A DNA stretch of 10,059 nt. Origin: a virus (Duplodnaviria; Heunggongvirae; Uroviricota; Caudoviricetes). The translations under genes were made by a program, and so were the position numbers. A model generated the notes under the pieces. The model ran no database searches. It was not told where the DNA came from and saw only the letters and a program-made list of their open reading frames with translations. The stretch covers positions 1-10,059 of the IMG/VR virus record IMGVR_UViG_2713896898_000004; one strand, given 5' to 3'. Below are positions 1 to 7,413 of this stretch, piece by piece; positions within the stretch are counted from its first letter, which is position 1; each line of letters begins with the position of its first letter.

Positions 1-543
1 CGCGTCAATGTAATCCAGCACAGCGTTAAGTCTGGTTGTTTCTGCCTGTGTCAGTTTACGTCCGGCCTGCAATTTCAGTTGAATCAGACTGATGGAAGCC
101 ATTGCAGTATCAATCAGCGACTGGCGCTGTGCTTCTGCTGCATCTACTGCGGCGCTGCGCTGTGCCCCGGTATCCGTCACCCATTTCTCACCATCCCATT
201 TATCGTATGACGTTAACGGAGCGAGAGTGGTTGTATTTTCAGGATAATCTCCCGGTACTGTAATTTCTTTTGCTTCTCCTGTTTCAGTGTTATAGACCGT
301 TTCACCGCGATGGTCTGGCACATACTCCCATGAGTTTAAATCTGCTGAACGGCAGATAGCATAACCAGCTTTATGTGTGCCAGGTGCATCTAAACAGGAA
401 TACGCCGGAATACCAACACCTACAGCAAGAAATTCGGTTGATGCAGAAATATATTCCCTTGTCTCACTGTTATAGTTGTAAACGATAATGTTTCCTTCCT
501 GTACGGCAATAAGCTCATTGTTTAATATCGCGTTATTCATCAT
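1..543 (-). CDS. Tail fiber assembly protein (Tfa-type chaperone); 5' portion only, the 3' end lies beyond the window start
   Basis: Minus-strand frame starts ATGATGAAT at 543-535; its ATG (543-541) overlaps the TGA stop (542-540) of the upstream cassette (ATGA coupling). Hand translation: MMNNAILNNELIAVQEGNIIVYNYNSETREYISASTEFLAVGVGIPAYSCLDAPGTHKAGYAICRSADLNSWEYVPDHRGETVYNTETGEAKEITVPGDYPENTTTLAPLTSYDKWDGEKWVTDT..., open to position 1. The HRGxTVY and KWDGxxWV pattern is typical of phage Tfa chaperones. Absent from the ORF track because there is no stop inside the window. Confidence 0.75.
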   Translation of the reverse strand, partial: MMNNAILNNELIAVQEGNIIVYNYNSETREYISASTEFLAVGVGIPAYSCLDAPGTHKAGYAICRSADLNSWEYVPDHRGETVYNTETGEAKEITVPGDYPENTTTLAPLTSYDKWDGEKWVTDTGAQRSAAVDAAEAQRQSLIDTAMASISLIQLKLQAGRKLTQAETTRLNAVLDYIDA

Positions 544-1067
544 GCAGCTCTCACAATATAGTTAAATGCAATATTTCGCGGGCGTGTTTCACTACCGCCG
601 GGAATCTTAAAGGCATTAAATACTCCGCCGCCCGACTGACTTATTCCATCTGTATACAGCCCGCCTCCTGCACTGTCGCTGATTGCAAATGTTTTTGATG
701 GTGAACTGTTTGAGGCCGGTCCCCAGTATTTCAATTCGAGCTTTCTAACCTCATCTCTCTGAATACTCAATAAAGCACGTCCGGCATCAATAGCACGCCC
801 ATCATCCCAGCCACGAATAAATTCACCGCGTAAATCAGGCAGTTTTCCTGACGGGTACGCTGTGGCTAGTTTGGGATACTTCAGCTTATCAAAGGCAGCA
901 CCATTGCATTTTAGCCAGCCCTCTGGAGGTGTGGCTGAAGGCCACGGAACTGTTACACCAACAGGCAACGCAGAACCTTCCCCCAAACCAACGTTTTTAA
1001 CTTCGAAAACAGAGCTATCTAATAGCATTTTTACTAACAGAAACAGGATGCTTTTTATGCAAATTGG
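540..1067 (-). CDS. Tail fiber C-terminal variable (receptor-binding) cassette, Mu Sv'-like; probably silent in this orientation
   Basis: Track ORF 540-1028 (162 aa) has tail-fiber/tail-collar-like motifs (WLKCNGAAF...YPKL...LPDLRGEFIRGWD). The frame stays open 13 codons upstream of the first ATG to a stop at 1068-1070, with no convincing RBS. Followed by the Tfa gene with ATGA overlap and head-to-head with the invertase, as in Mu G-segment/gin and P1 C-segment/cin. Confidence 0.6.
   Translation of the reverse strand, partial: PICIKSILFLLVKMLLDSSVFEVKNVGLGEGSALPVGVTVPWPSATPPEGWLKCNGAAFDKLKYPKLATAYPSGKLPDLRGEFIRGWDDGRAIDAGRALLSIQRDEVRKLELKYWGPASNSSPSKTFAISDSAGGGLYTDGISQSGGGVFNAFKIPGGSETRPRNIAFNYIVRAA
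978..1003. other. Candidate gix/hix-like 26-bp invertase crossover site (12 + AA core + 12)
   Basis: TTCCCCCAAACC-AA-CGTTTTTAACTT. Left half matches the gix left half TTCCTGTAAACC at 9/12 (recalled consensus); right half matches hix GGTTTTTGATAA at 7/12; central AA dinucleotide. Lies inside codons 9-17 (EVKNVGLGE) of the tail-fiber cassette, about 55 bp from the invertase start. Confidence 0.35.
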
Positions 1068-1656
1068 CTATATTCGCGTATCAACAAATGACCAGAACAC
1101 GGATTTGCAACGCAATGCGCTCAATAGCGCAGGATGTGAACTGATTTTTGAAGATAAAATCAGCGGAACAAAATCAGCCAGACCGGGATTGAAAAAACTG
1201 CTCAGAACGTTATCAGCGGGGGATACGCTCGTTGTCTGGAAACTGGACAGGCTGGGCAGAAGCATGAAACACCTGATCACACTGATTGAGGAATTGCGGA
1301 AAAAAGGTGTCAATTTTCGTAGTCTGACGGATTCAATTGATACCAGCACCCCAATGGGACGATTTTTCTTCCACGTGATGGGCGCCCTGGCTGAAATGGA
1401 ACGTGAATTAATTGTAGAGCGTACACTGGCCGGACTGGCAGCAGCCCGCGCACAGGGGCGAATTGGTGGGCGTCGCCCGAAACTGACAAAAGAGCAACAT
1501 GAGCAAATAGCGAGGCTGATTAAAAACGGCCACGACAGAAAACAGCTGGCCATAATTTACGACATCGGTATATCGACGATTTATCGTTATCACCCTGTAG
1601 GTGACACGCAACCCGGAGGAATAATTGAGAATACTCAGGAAACAAAAAACCGCTAA
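1057..1656 (+). CDS. Serine DNA invertase, Hin/Gin/Cin/Pin family
   Basis: MQIGYIRVSTNDQNTDLQRNAL...DTLVVWKLDRLGRSMKHL...SLTDSIDTSTPMGRFFFHVMGALAEMERELIVERTLAGLAAARAQGRIGGR... is near-identical in motif content to Gin/Hin (catalytic Ser in YIRVST, C-terminal HTH). Start chosen at ATG 1057 (AGGA 9 nt upstream) rather than the track's 862, which overlaps the tail-fiber cassette. The stop TAA 1654-1656 lies in a terminator stem. Confidence 0.93.
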   Translation: MQIGYIRVSTNDQNTDLQRNALNSAGCELIFEDKISGTKSARPGLKKLLRTLSAGDTLVVWKLDRLGRSMKHLITLIEELRKKGVNFRSLTDSIDTSTPMGRFFFHVMGALAEMERELIVERTLAGLAAARAQGRIGGRRPKLTKEQHEQIARLIKNGHDRKQLAIIYDIGISTIYRYHPVGDTQPGGIIENTQETKNR

Positions 1657-1677
1657 TCTGAACATTAGCGGTTTTTA
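1645..1677. terminator. Bidirectional intrinsic terminator between the convergent invertase and U genes
   Basis: Perfect 13-bp stem AAAAACCGCTAAT / ATTAGCGGTTTTT with a 6-nt loop (CTGAAC); A-run on one side, T-run on the other; sits between stops at 1656 (+) and 1685 (-). Confidence 0.65.
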
Positions 1678-1684
1678 CGTTAAA

Positions 1685-2173
1685 TCAGAACACCCCTTTA
1701 ACTGAGCTGACCACATTGTTAAGGGATGATGTCACCTTATCTTTAAGACCGGACAGCATATCACTGAACGATGAGGATTGCAGGCGCTCCCGCAAATCCT
1801 CATCACAGCGTTCAAGGGTCAGGGAAAACTCTATCTTTTTCGCTTTCCCGTAGCGATCCAGTTCAGAGCGGGTCGTGCTCGTTTCAGTCAGAACATACAT
1901 GCCGTAAATCTGCCCGACGCCATCAATCAGAGGCCACGGGCGTCCCGCATACGCCTGCGTGGTCAGCAGCGACAGCGACACTTCGCCGCCTGTAATCTCA
2001 GGATAAAGCACGCCAGAAAGAACGATGCGATCATCACCTGCACCGATATACTGCCAGCTTGCTGAACGGTTAACGCGCTCGTTTTTCACATGTCGCCAGC
2101 TTTTGTTTTGCTGTAACTGCTGATGCGGCAATGTGCGCAATTCAAAAACAAACATGCCGTAGATCATCATCAT
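1685..2173 (-). CDS. U: P2-like tail protein gpU
   Basis: 162-aa ORF directly downstream of the tape measure gene; AAGGAG RBS overlaps the T stop. MMMIYGMFVFELRTLP...GVLYPEITGG...GRPWPLIDGVGQIYGMYVL resembles P2 gpU. Gene order T-U matches P2. Confidence 0.85.
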   Translation of the reverse strand: MMMIYGMFVFELRTLPHQQLQQNKSWRHVKNERVNRSASWQYIGAGDDRIVLSGVLYPEITGGEVSLSLLTTQAYAGRPWPLIDGVGQIYGMYVLTETSTTRSELDRYGKAKKIEFSLTLERCDEDLRERLQSSSFSDMLSGLKDKVTSSLNNVVSSVKGVF

Positions 2174-2184
2174 GGCACGACTCC

Positions 2185-5022
2185 TTACTCTTTATCATAA
2201 AAGCTTCCACGCCCGGCACGGGTACGCCGCTCCAGTTCTGCCCTGACCATTTCGCCGACCAGTTTCGCCAGTTCGCGGGGATTCTGCGTAACAACGTTAT
2301 GCAGATGGACATGAATTTCACCACCAAATCCGGGGGTCGCAGCCTCCCGGCTGCGGGAAGATGCGGAAACGGGCGCAACTGGCGCACGTGCGGCCTCCAC
2401 GACCGGACGGGAGCTTGCTGCAACAACAGGGGGCAGCGCCGGAGATAACGGAGCCGGGGGCGCGGGAGTGATATTGATTGCAGGAAGAGCCTTGTTGCTC
2501 TGCGCAACCTTTCGCTCCTGCCACTCCCCACGAACAGCAAGCGCACGGGGCAGGTTCTTAAAGACAATATCACCGGGGCCGATACGCTTTTTCGTCTCAT
2601 CAACCAGCCTGCCTGTGTTATCTGCAATTTTGCTGAGCCTGCGCAGCGTGCCAGTGTTGTTGTCCGTGAGCGGCTTGTTGTCTTTAGGCTTATCGCCTCC
2701 GGTCCCTGTTTCCGCAGATTTCGGCGGATTGATTTTTGCCAGGTCCCCCTGAAGTAAAGCAACCTTGTCCTGAAGAATGGCCGCACGCTGCGCGTCTTCG
2801 ATTTTCTTTCTCGCCCTTTCCGCTTCATCTGGAAGGACGCCAAGTTTTTCCAGTATCCATGCCAGCGTATCCAGCAGCATTTTTGCAGGCGTCAGGACAA
2901 GCTGTAACGCACCGCCAAGAACGTTGCCGAACACCTCGCCAGCACTGGTGCATTTATCCAGCGTTTCCTTGCTGGATTCCATCGGTGACAGCAGCGATGT
3001 AAACCAGTTAAAGACCTGAATCACGCCATCACGAACCAGTTCGAAAACAGGGCCAAACCGTTCAAAGGTTTCGCGTAACGGGGCCAGCCGCTCCATAATC
3101 CCGCTGAACACCCCGGCAAAAAATGCCCTGATTGGGTCCCAGTATTTCCAGATGAGAACGGCAGCTCCGGCAAGCGCAGCTACGATAAGACCGACCGGGC
3201 TGAACAACGCCCCGATAGCGCCTCCCAGTAAAGAGACGGAACCCGCCACCATTCCCCACAGCGCTGGCAGGACCCTGACAGCATTCATTGATCCGGTCAG
3301 GAGGGAAAAACCAAGACGCAGTTTTGCCAGCGGGCCAGCAAGCACCCCAAGAGCCAGTGACAACGAGCCAACCGTTGCAGTCATTGCCAGCAGCGCACCG
3401 CCTGCAATCAGTAGCTGGCGCGTCAGTGCCGGATGGGCCTGCGCCAGCTCCGTCACCTTTGAGACCACCCGAGTGAGCCACTGCGTGACAGAGCGCAGCG
3501 GACCGTCAATCAGATCCGCAATGCGGATACGCAGCCCCTCCCATGCACTGCCGAGTGATTTCAGGTCGCCATCAAGGTTATTGGCCATAACCTTTGCCGT
3601 GCGTTCAGCCTCACCGCGTGCGCCTTCAAGTTCTTTTCTCAGTTTGGGCAGAGAACCGTCACCTGCCGCATCAACGAGAGCCATAAATGACGTGAAGGCC
3701 TCTTCTCCGGCTATGTCCTTAAAGAACGATACCCGGTCAACTTCCCCGTATTTGCGGGTGGCTTTATAAAGGTCGGCCAGCACATCCTCCATCGGGCGCA
3801 TTTTGCCGTTCGCATCAGAGACAGCCACACCAAGCTCTTTCAGCGCCTCAGCTGCCGCCTTTGGCGGTGATGCCAGACGAGCAAGGCTGGCACGCATTGC
3901 CGTCCCGGCATCACTCCCTCTGATACCCATATTCGCCAGCACGCCCGCCATCGCTGCGGCCTGCTCCAGCGATATTCCCAGCTTACCCGCCACCGGACCT
4001 GCATATTTCATGGTTTCGCCCAGCGCGCGAAGGTCGGTGTTAGTACGGGTAAACGCCGCAGTAAGTGTGTCGCCGACCCGGTCCATCTGGTCAGCAGAGA
4101 GGCCGAACTGCGTCAGGATATTTGAGCCAATATCCGCCGTCTCGCCAAGGTCCATACCGCCAGCCGTTGCCATGCTCAGCACGCCGGGAAGCGCAGCCTG
4201 AATGGCTTCTGGTGTGAAGCCAGCCATAGCAAGAAATGCCTGCCCACTGGCGGCATCACTCGCAGTAAACTGCGTTTCAGAGCCGAGCTTTAGCGCCTGC
4301 TCACGCAGCGCCTTAAACTGCGGGCTGTTCTGGTCAATTCGCGTCAGCGCCTGCACACGGGACATCTCTTTCCCGAATCCGATAGCGGGCTGCAAAAAAC
4401 GCCCGGCAGCATAGCCGCCAGCCGCTGCCGCACCAGTTGCCAGCGCACCACCCGTTTTCAGTTTTCCCGCTGTTTCCTGCGCGCGTGAATACTGCTCACG
4501 CGCCCGCGTTACACGCGCAAGCGCCTGTCGTTCGCGTTCAAGCTGGTTGTTGTACTGTTCGGTGCGTCTGATGGCCTGCTGGATGGTGTTATCGCTGCCT
4601 GTCAGGGAAATACCGTGGCGTTTAAGCTCTCCGCCAAGCTCCCGCATTTTCTGAATTTCCCGTGTGCGCGATTCATTCAGGCGTTCAAGCCGGGTGCTTA
4701 ACTGCTGCATCAGCTTTTGTTGTTTTTCGCTGAGCACCGTACCCGTGCGTTGTAACTGATGAAGGGCGTTAAGCTGGCGTCGTGCTTTCACGATGCCAGC
4801 ATCCGCTTTACTGACAGCATCGCGGGCGCGCTCAAATGAACGCGCCTGACGCTCGAGATTTTTGATCGCCCCCTGCGTTCGCTGGATGGAGTCACCAAGC
4901 TGTCCCATCAGGCGGCGGGCGTTTTCGGCTGGCCGGGTCAGCCTGTCAACAGCACTGAAGGCGACCCGAATGTCAAGAGTCTTCATCGTCTGCATTCCCA
5001 CTGCGAAGTGCCGCCCGCTCAC
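2185..5022 (-). CDS. T: Tail tape measure protein (gpT-like)
   Basis: 945-aa ORF with a coiled-coil-rich N-terminal region (repeated Q/R/E/L-rich heptads), a central hydrophobic Gly/Ala-rich segment and an Ala/Pro-rich C-terminus; sits between E/E' and U as in P2. The true start may be an internal Met (MQTMKTL...), since E' overlaps the 5' end. Confidence 0.9.
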   Translation of the reverse strand: MSGRHFAVGMQTMKTLDIRVAFSAVDRLTRPAENARRLMGQLGDSIQRTQGAIKNLERQARSFERARDAVSKADAGIVKARRQLNALHQLQRTGTVLSEKQQKLMQQLSTRLERLNESRTREIQKMRELGGELKRHGISLTGSDNTIQQAIRRTEQYNNQLERERQALARVTRAREQYSRAQETAGKLKTGGALATGAAAAGGYAAGRFLQPAIGFGKEMSRVQALTRIDQNSPQFKALREQALKLGSETQFTASDAASGQAFLAMAGFTPEAIQAALPGVLSMATAGGMDLGETADIGSNILTQFGLSADQMDRVGDTLTAAFTRTNTDLRALGETMKYAGPVAGKLGISLEQAAAMAGVLANMGIRGSDAGTAMRASLARLASPPKAAAEALKELGVAVSDANGKMRPMEDVLADLYKATRKYGEVDRVSFFKDIAGEEAFTSFMALVDAAGDGSLPKLRKELEGARGEAERTAKVMANNLDGDLKSLGSAWEGLRIRIADLIDGPLRSVTQWLTRVVSKVTELAQAHPALTRQLLIAGGALLAMTATVGSLSLALGVLAGPLAKLRLGFSLLTGSMNAVRVLPALWGMVAGSVSLLGGAIGALFSPVGLIVAALAGAAVLIWKYWDPIRAFFAGVFSGIMERLAPLRETFERFGPVFELVRDGVIQVFNWFTSLLSPMESSKETLDKCTSAGEVFGNVLGGALQLVLTPAKMLLDTLAWILEKLGVLPDEAERARKKIEDAQRAAILQDKVALLQGDLAKINPPKSAETGTGGDKPKDNKPLTDNNTGTLRRLSKIADNTGRLVDETKKRIGPGDIVFKNLPRALAVRGEWQERKVAQSNKALPAINITPAPPAPLSPALPPVVAASSRPVVEAARAPVAPVSASSRSREAATPGFGGEIHVHLHNVVTQNPRELAKLVGEMVRAELERRTRAGRGSFYDKE

Positions 5023-5191
5023 GCCAGCTAACCACTTCGCCGGGCGTCATCATGAAGATTTCGGCGGGCGACCAGTTAAAAATAACGGCAATATCTGCCA
5101 CAAAGTCTTCTATGTGCTCAAAGCACACAACCGTGATCAGGCTTCCGTCGCCTGTTCGTTCTTCCCGCCAGAGTCCGCACCGCTCAAAAAA
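4973..5191 (-). CDS. E': E' extension, expressed as an E+E' fusion by -1 programmed ribosomal frameshift
   Basis: The -1 frame relative to E is open from the slippery site to a stop at 4973-4975 and overlaps the 5' end of T, exactly as for P2 E+E'. The track's 78-aa ORF 4973-5209 covers this frame. Confidence 0.65.
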   Translation of the reverse strand, partial: FFERCGLWREERTGDGSLITVVCFEHIEDFVADIAVIFNWSPAEIFMMTPGEVVSWRERAALRSGNADDEDS

Positions 5192-5505
5192 TTTACGGCA
5201 ACCACACATAACTGAATAAAGTCACGGGATGCCATTTTTTTGATCGTCACTTCATCCAGTCGCGGTGATGTCACGCGTGACAACAGCGTAAACATGGATT
5301 CCGCTTTCAGATTCAGCACATCAGACAGCGACAGACCACGCAGGGATCCAGCCTGCTCAATAGCCCCGGTAATCTCCACATACGTGATTTTTTCGTCGCC
5401 TCGCTCAATTGGCTGGGTAAGTTTTACGCCGCGCTCGCCGGTTTCTTTCGCAGTATCAGCAACCACCACAGCGTTTTCAGTATTGGTATTTTTCGTCTCT
5501 TTCAT
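5137..5505 (-). CDS. E: Tail assembly chaperone gpE (frame-0 product)
   Basis: 122-aa ORF; AAGGAG 7 nt upstream of ATG 5505; position between FII and T as in P2; contains the T6G slippery site near its 3' end. Confidence 0.8.
   Translation of the reverse strand: MKETKNTNTENAVVVADTAKETGERGVKLTQPIERGDEKITYVEITGAIEQAGSLRGLSLSDVLNLKAESMFTLLSRVTSPRLDEVTIKKMASRDFIQLCVVAVNFLSGADSGGKNEQATEA
5185..5191 (-). other. Slippery heptamer T TTT TTG (T6G) for the E to E+E' -1 frameshift
   Basis: Minus strand reads GTA AAT TTT TTG AGC in the E frame; a -1 slip gives AAA TTT TTT GAG CGG..., continuing into the E' frame. T6G is the slip-site type described for the P2 FETUD operon. Confidence 0.6.
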
Positions 5506-5524
5506 CAGAAAACTCCTTTCAGTC

Positions 5525-5546
5525 AGAGGCGACGCACTGCGCCGCC
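5525..5546 (-). other. Stem-loop between FII and E (possible partial terminator / mRNA processing or stability element)
   Basis: Inverted repeat AGGCGACGCA / TGCGCCGCCT (9 of 10, with a G-U possible in RNA) in the 54-bp FII-E gap; no U-run follows, so not a canonical intrinsic terminator. Confidence 0.3.
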
Positions 5547-5559
5547 TGCATATTACTTA

Positions 5560-6072
5560 TCAGCCGAGCCCGAGCGCGGAGCGGATGCGGTCGGGTACAA
5601 TGTCCTTGCCATCCTTCCGGTAGATGTGGTTCACCAGGTCAATTTCCCACACCGGACGATCGTTAATACTCAGCTTGTAGTAGGTGTTTTTGACAGCGTA
5701 AGTGTGTGACGTGGCTTCGCCCTGTTTGGCCTCCCCCATATCAATTTCCGTCACACGCCCGCGCATCTCGATTTCATACAGGTCGCTTTCTGCATCGGTG
5801 TAGTATTCACCCGCAAAACGCAGCAGCGTGCCGTCCATTGTTCCGCCATATTTAAGGAACAGCGCACGAACGGCGCCACCCATGACAAAACTCGCATCAA
5901 GCGCGGAATCGTCCAGGCCGAGGTCGATACTCACCGCCCCCATCATGCCACCACCACGATAGCTGTCGGTTTTACGCGTCAGTTTAGGCGGGGTGACAGA
6001 CGTCACCTTACCCACTTCATTTTCACCATCCACAAACAGCGTAAAAAAACGAAGATGTTTTGGTACGGCCAT
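5560..6072 (-). CDS. FII: Major tail tube protein (gpFII-like)
   Basis: 170-aa ORF; the start ATG overlaps the FI stop (TAATG); size and position match P2 FII. Confidence 0.9.
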   Translation of the reverse strand: MAVPKHLRFFTLFVDGENEVGKVTSVTPPKLTRKTDSYRGGGMMGAVSIDLGLDDSALDASFVMGGAVRALFLKYGGTMDGTLLRFAGEYYTDAESDLYEIEMRGRVTEIDMGEAKQGEATSHTYAVKNTYYKLSINDRPVWEIDLVNHIYRKDGKDIVPDRIRSALGLG

Positions 6073-7256
6073 TAAGCACCTCCAAGCACTGCAAATGCAG
6101 GACCAAAGAACTCATCAGTGAACGCCTGGTAAAGCTCCATATCTTCCAGCGGAGGAACGGGCGTATATTTATAGCGAATACGCACGCGCCCCTGTCGTAA
6201 TTCTGTGGTGCTGTTATCCACGATGTCATACCAGCACGATGCGCCAATCAGTTTCCCGGCAGTAACCAGCGAATCCAGTTTTGCCCTGATGGCACTGATG
6301 ACGTCCTTCACGTTCGCGGGCGTTAGTGGACTGTCGATGGTTTCAAACTGCGCTTCCGCAATTGAATCAGCCAGCACCTGTGCGGTTCGGGTATACACCT
6401 CAAAGATGTAGGCGTTCGTTTCCGGTGTGCGGTTGCCCCAGAAGCGGAACCCGTTGCGGCGAATGATGGTTGTGATTTCTTTGTTGTTGAGGCTGTTGGC
6501 ATCGCTGTCATCAGCCTGCAACGACCAGAACACATGCCTGGACATCCCCAGCACATTTTTAACCGGAACGTTGGACAGCGATTTGTGCCAGCCCTGTTCA
6601 TGGTCAATGTACGCACGAAGGCCGCACGCATAGGCTGGCGCGGGGAAAACCTCATTCTCGCCACTTTTCGGGTTGTAAGCGATGAAGTCCGGCCACAGGA
6701 GCATCAGCTCGCGTTCGTTGAATTTTTCACGGTATGCAATGGCTTCAGCCATCGTGTTACAGCCATGACAGGAGGCATACACAAACGCGCGCAGTTTACC
6801 TGCAATCACGCACAGGGATTTTGTCACCGCCTCCGTGTCCAGCCCCGGCGCGGCCAGAATACGCGGACGGTATCCGATGCTTTCATCCTGCTCTGCAACA
6901 AGCAGCGCATACATCCCCGTATAGCTGCCGTCGGATTCAGAACCACCGATAACCAGTTGATCCTGTGTTTTTCCGTCTTCTTCTTTGTGTTCAGCCACGC
7001 GAACGACGATCACCTTTGTGCTCACCTGGTCTGCAATGGGTTTCAGCGCACGGTACAGCGTCCCCGTTGTCCCGCATTTTCCCAGCACGTCATTGACGCG
7101 GGTCACTAATGCAGGCTTGTTCAGCGGGAACAGCTTCGCGTCCGCATCGTCCGCCGTTGCCACGATACCGATAACGCTGGAATCAACGTCGTTAATTGCT
7201 GTTACCAGGTCGGTACTTTCCGTAACGCGGGCGCCATGAAAGCGAGTTTCACTCAT
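6072..7256 (-). CDS. FI: Contractile tail sheath protein (gpFI-like)
   Basis: 394-aa ORF, first gene of the minus-strand block; size and order (FI-FII-E-T-U) match the P2 tail operon. Confidence 0.9.
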   Translation of the reverse strand: MSETRFHGARVTESTDLVTAINDVDSSVIGIVATADDADAKLFPLNKPALVTRVNDVLGKCGTTGTLYRALKPIADQVSTKVIVVRVAEHKEEDGKTQDQLVIGGSESDGSYTGMYALLVAEQDESIGYRPRILAAPGLDTEAVTKSLCVIAGKLRAFVYASCHGCNTMAEAIAYREKFNERELMLLWPDFIAYNPKSGENEVFPAPAYACGLRAYIDHEQGWHKSLSNVPVKNVLGMSRHVFWSLQADDSDANSLNNKEITTIIRRNGFRFWGNRTPETNAYIFEVYTRTAQVLADSIAEAQFETIDSPLTPANVKDVISAIRAKLDSLVTAGKLIGASCWYDIVDNSTTELRQGRVRIRYKYTPVPPLEDMELYQAFTDEFFGPAFAVLGGA

Positions 7257-7413
7257 AGTTCCAGCCCCTTGTATCCGTTAAATGATTCGGCAACAATCAT
7301 CACCCACCACGCGCGTAATCTCATCCCTGCGCCGTTCTTGCCGCCCGGCGACAACAAAAAGCAGTAACCCCGCCCGCACACACATGCGACCATGCTGCAC
7401 AGGGAGGGAGCCG
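7257..7413. promoter_or_regulatory. Divergent FI / D intergenic region; candidate late-promoter region with an imperfect TGT-N12-ACA-like dyad at 7338-7355
   Basis: 157-bp gap between the divergently oriented FI and D starts; TGC-CGCCCGGCGACA-ACA resembles the dyad element of P2 late promoters (recalled consensus TGT-N12-ACA); strong SD GGGAGGGAG before the D ATG. Confidence 0.3.

Noticed and set aside
862-1056. N-terminal 65-codon extension of the invertase ORF as given in the ORF track (MASLGYFSLS...)
   Set aside because: It overlaps the tail-fiber cassette on the other strand and has no RBS; Hin/Gin homologs begin at the MxIGYxRVST motif, so the start is placed at 1057.
1068-1665. Minus-strand ORFs 1068-1553 and 1408-1665, antisense to the invertase
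   Set aside because: They lie entirely within a confidently identified gene on the other strand, with low-complexity Ser/Cys/Arg-rich translations typical of spurious antisense frames.
2131-5215. Multiple plus-strand ORFs inside the tape measure gene (e.g. 2131-2448, 2468-2752, 2736-3002, 2777-3019, 3152-3769, 3288-3476, 3803-4201, 4202-4414, 4862-5215) and the nested minus-strand ORFs 2142-2843, 2318-2524 and 3062-3481
   Set aside because: The GC-rich tape measure gene generates long open frames on the opposite strand and in alternative frames; the translations are Ala/Arg/Ser/Pro-rich without start-site context, so no independent gene is supported.
7282-7413. Upstream extension of the D ORF (MIRQQSSPTTRVISSLRR...)
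   Set aside because: Arg/Ser/Pro-rich with no RBS; a strong SD (GGGAGGGAG) precedes the internal ATG at 7414, and the extension overlaps the divergent promoter region.
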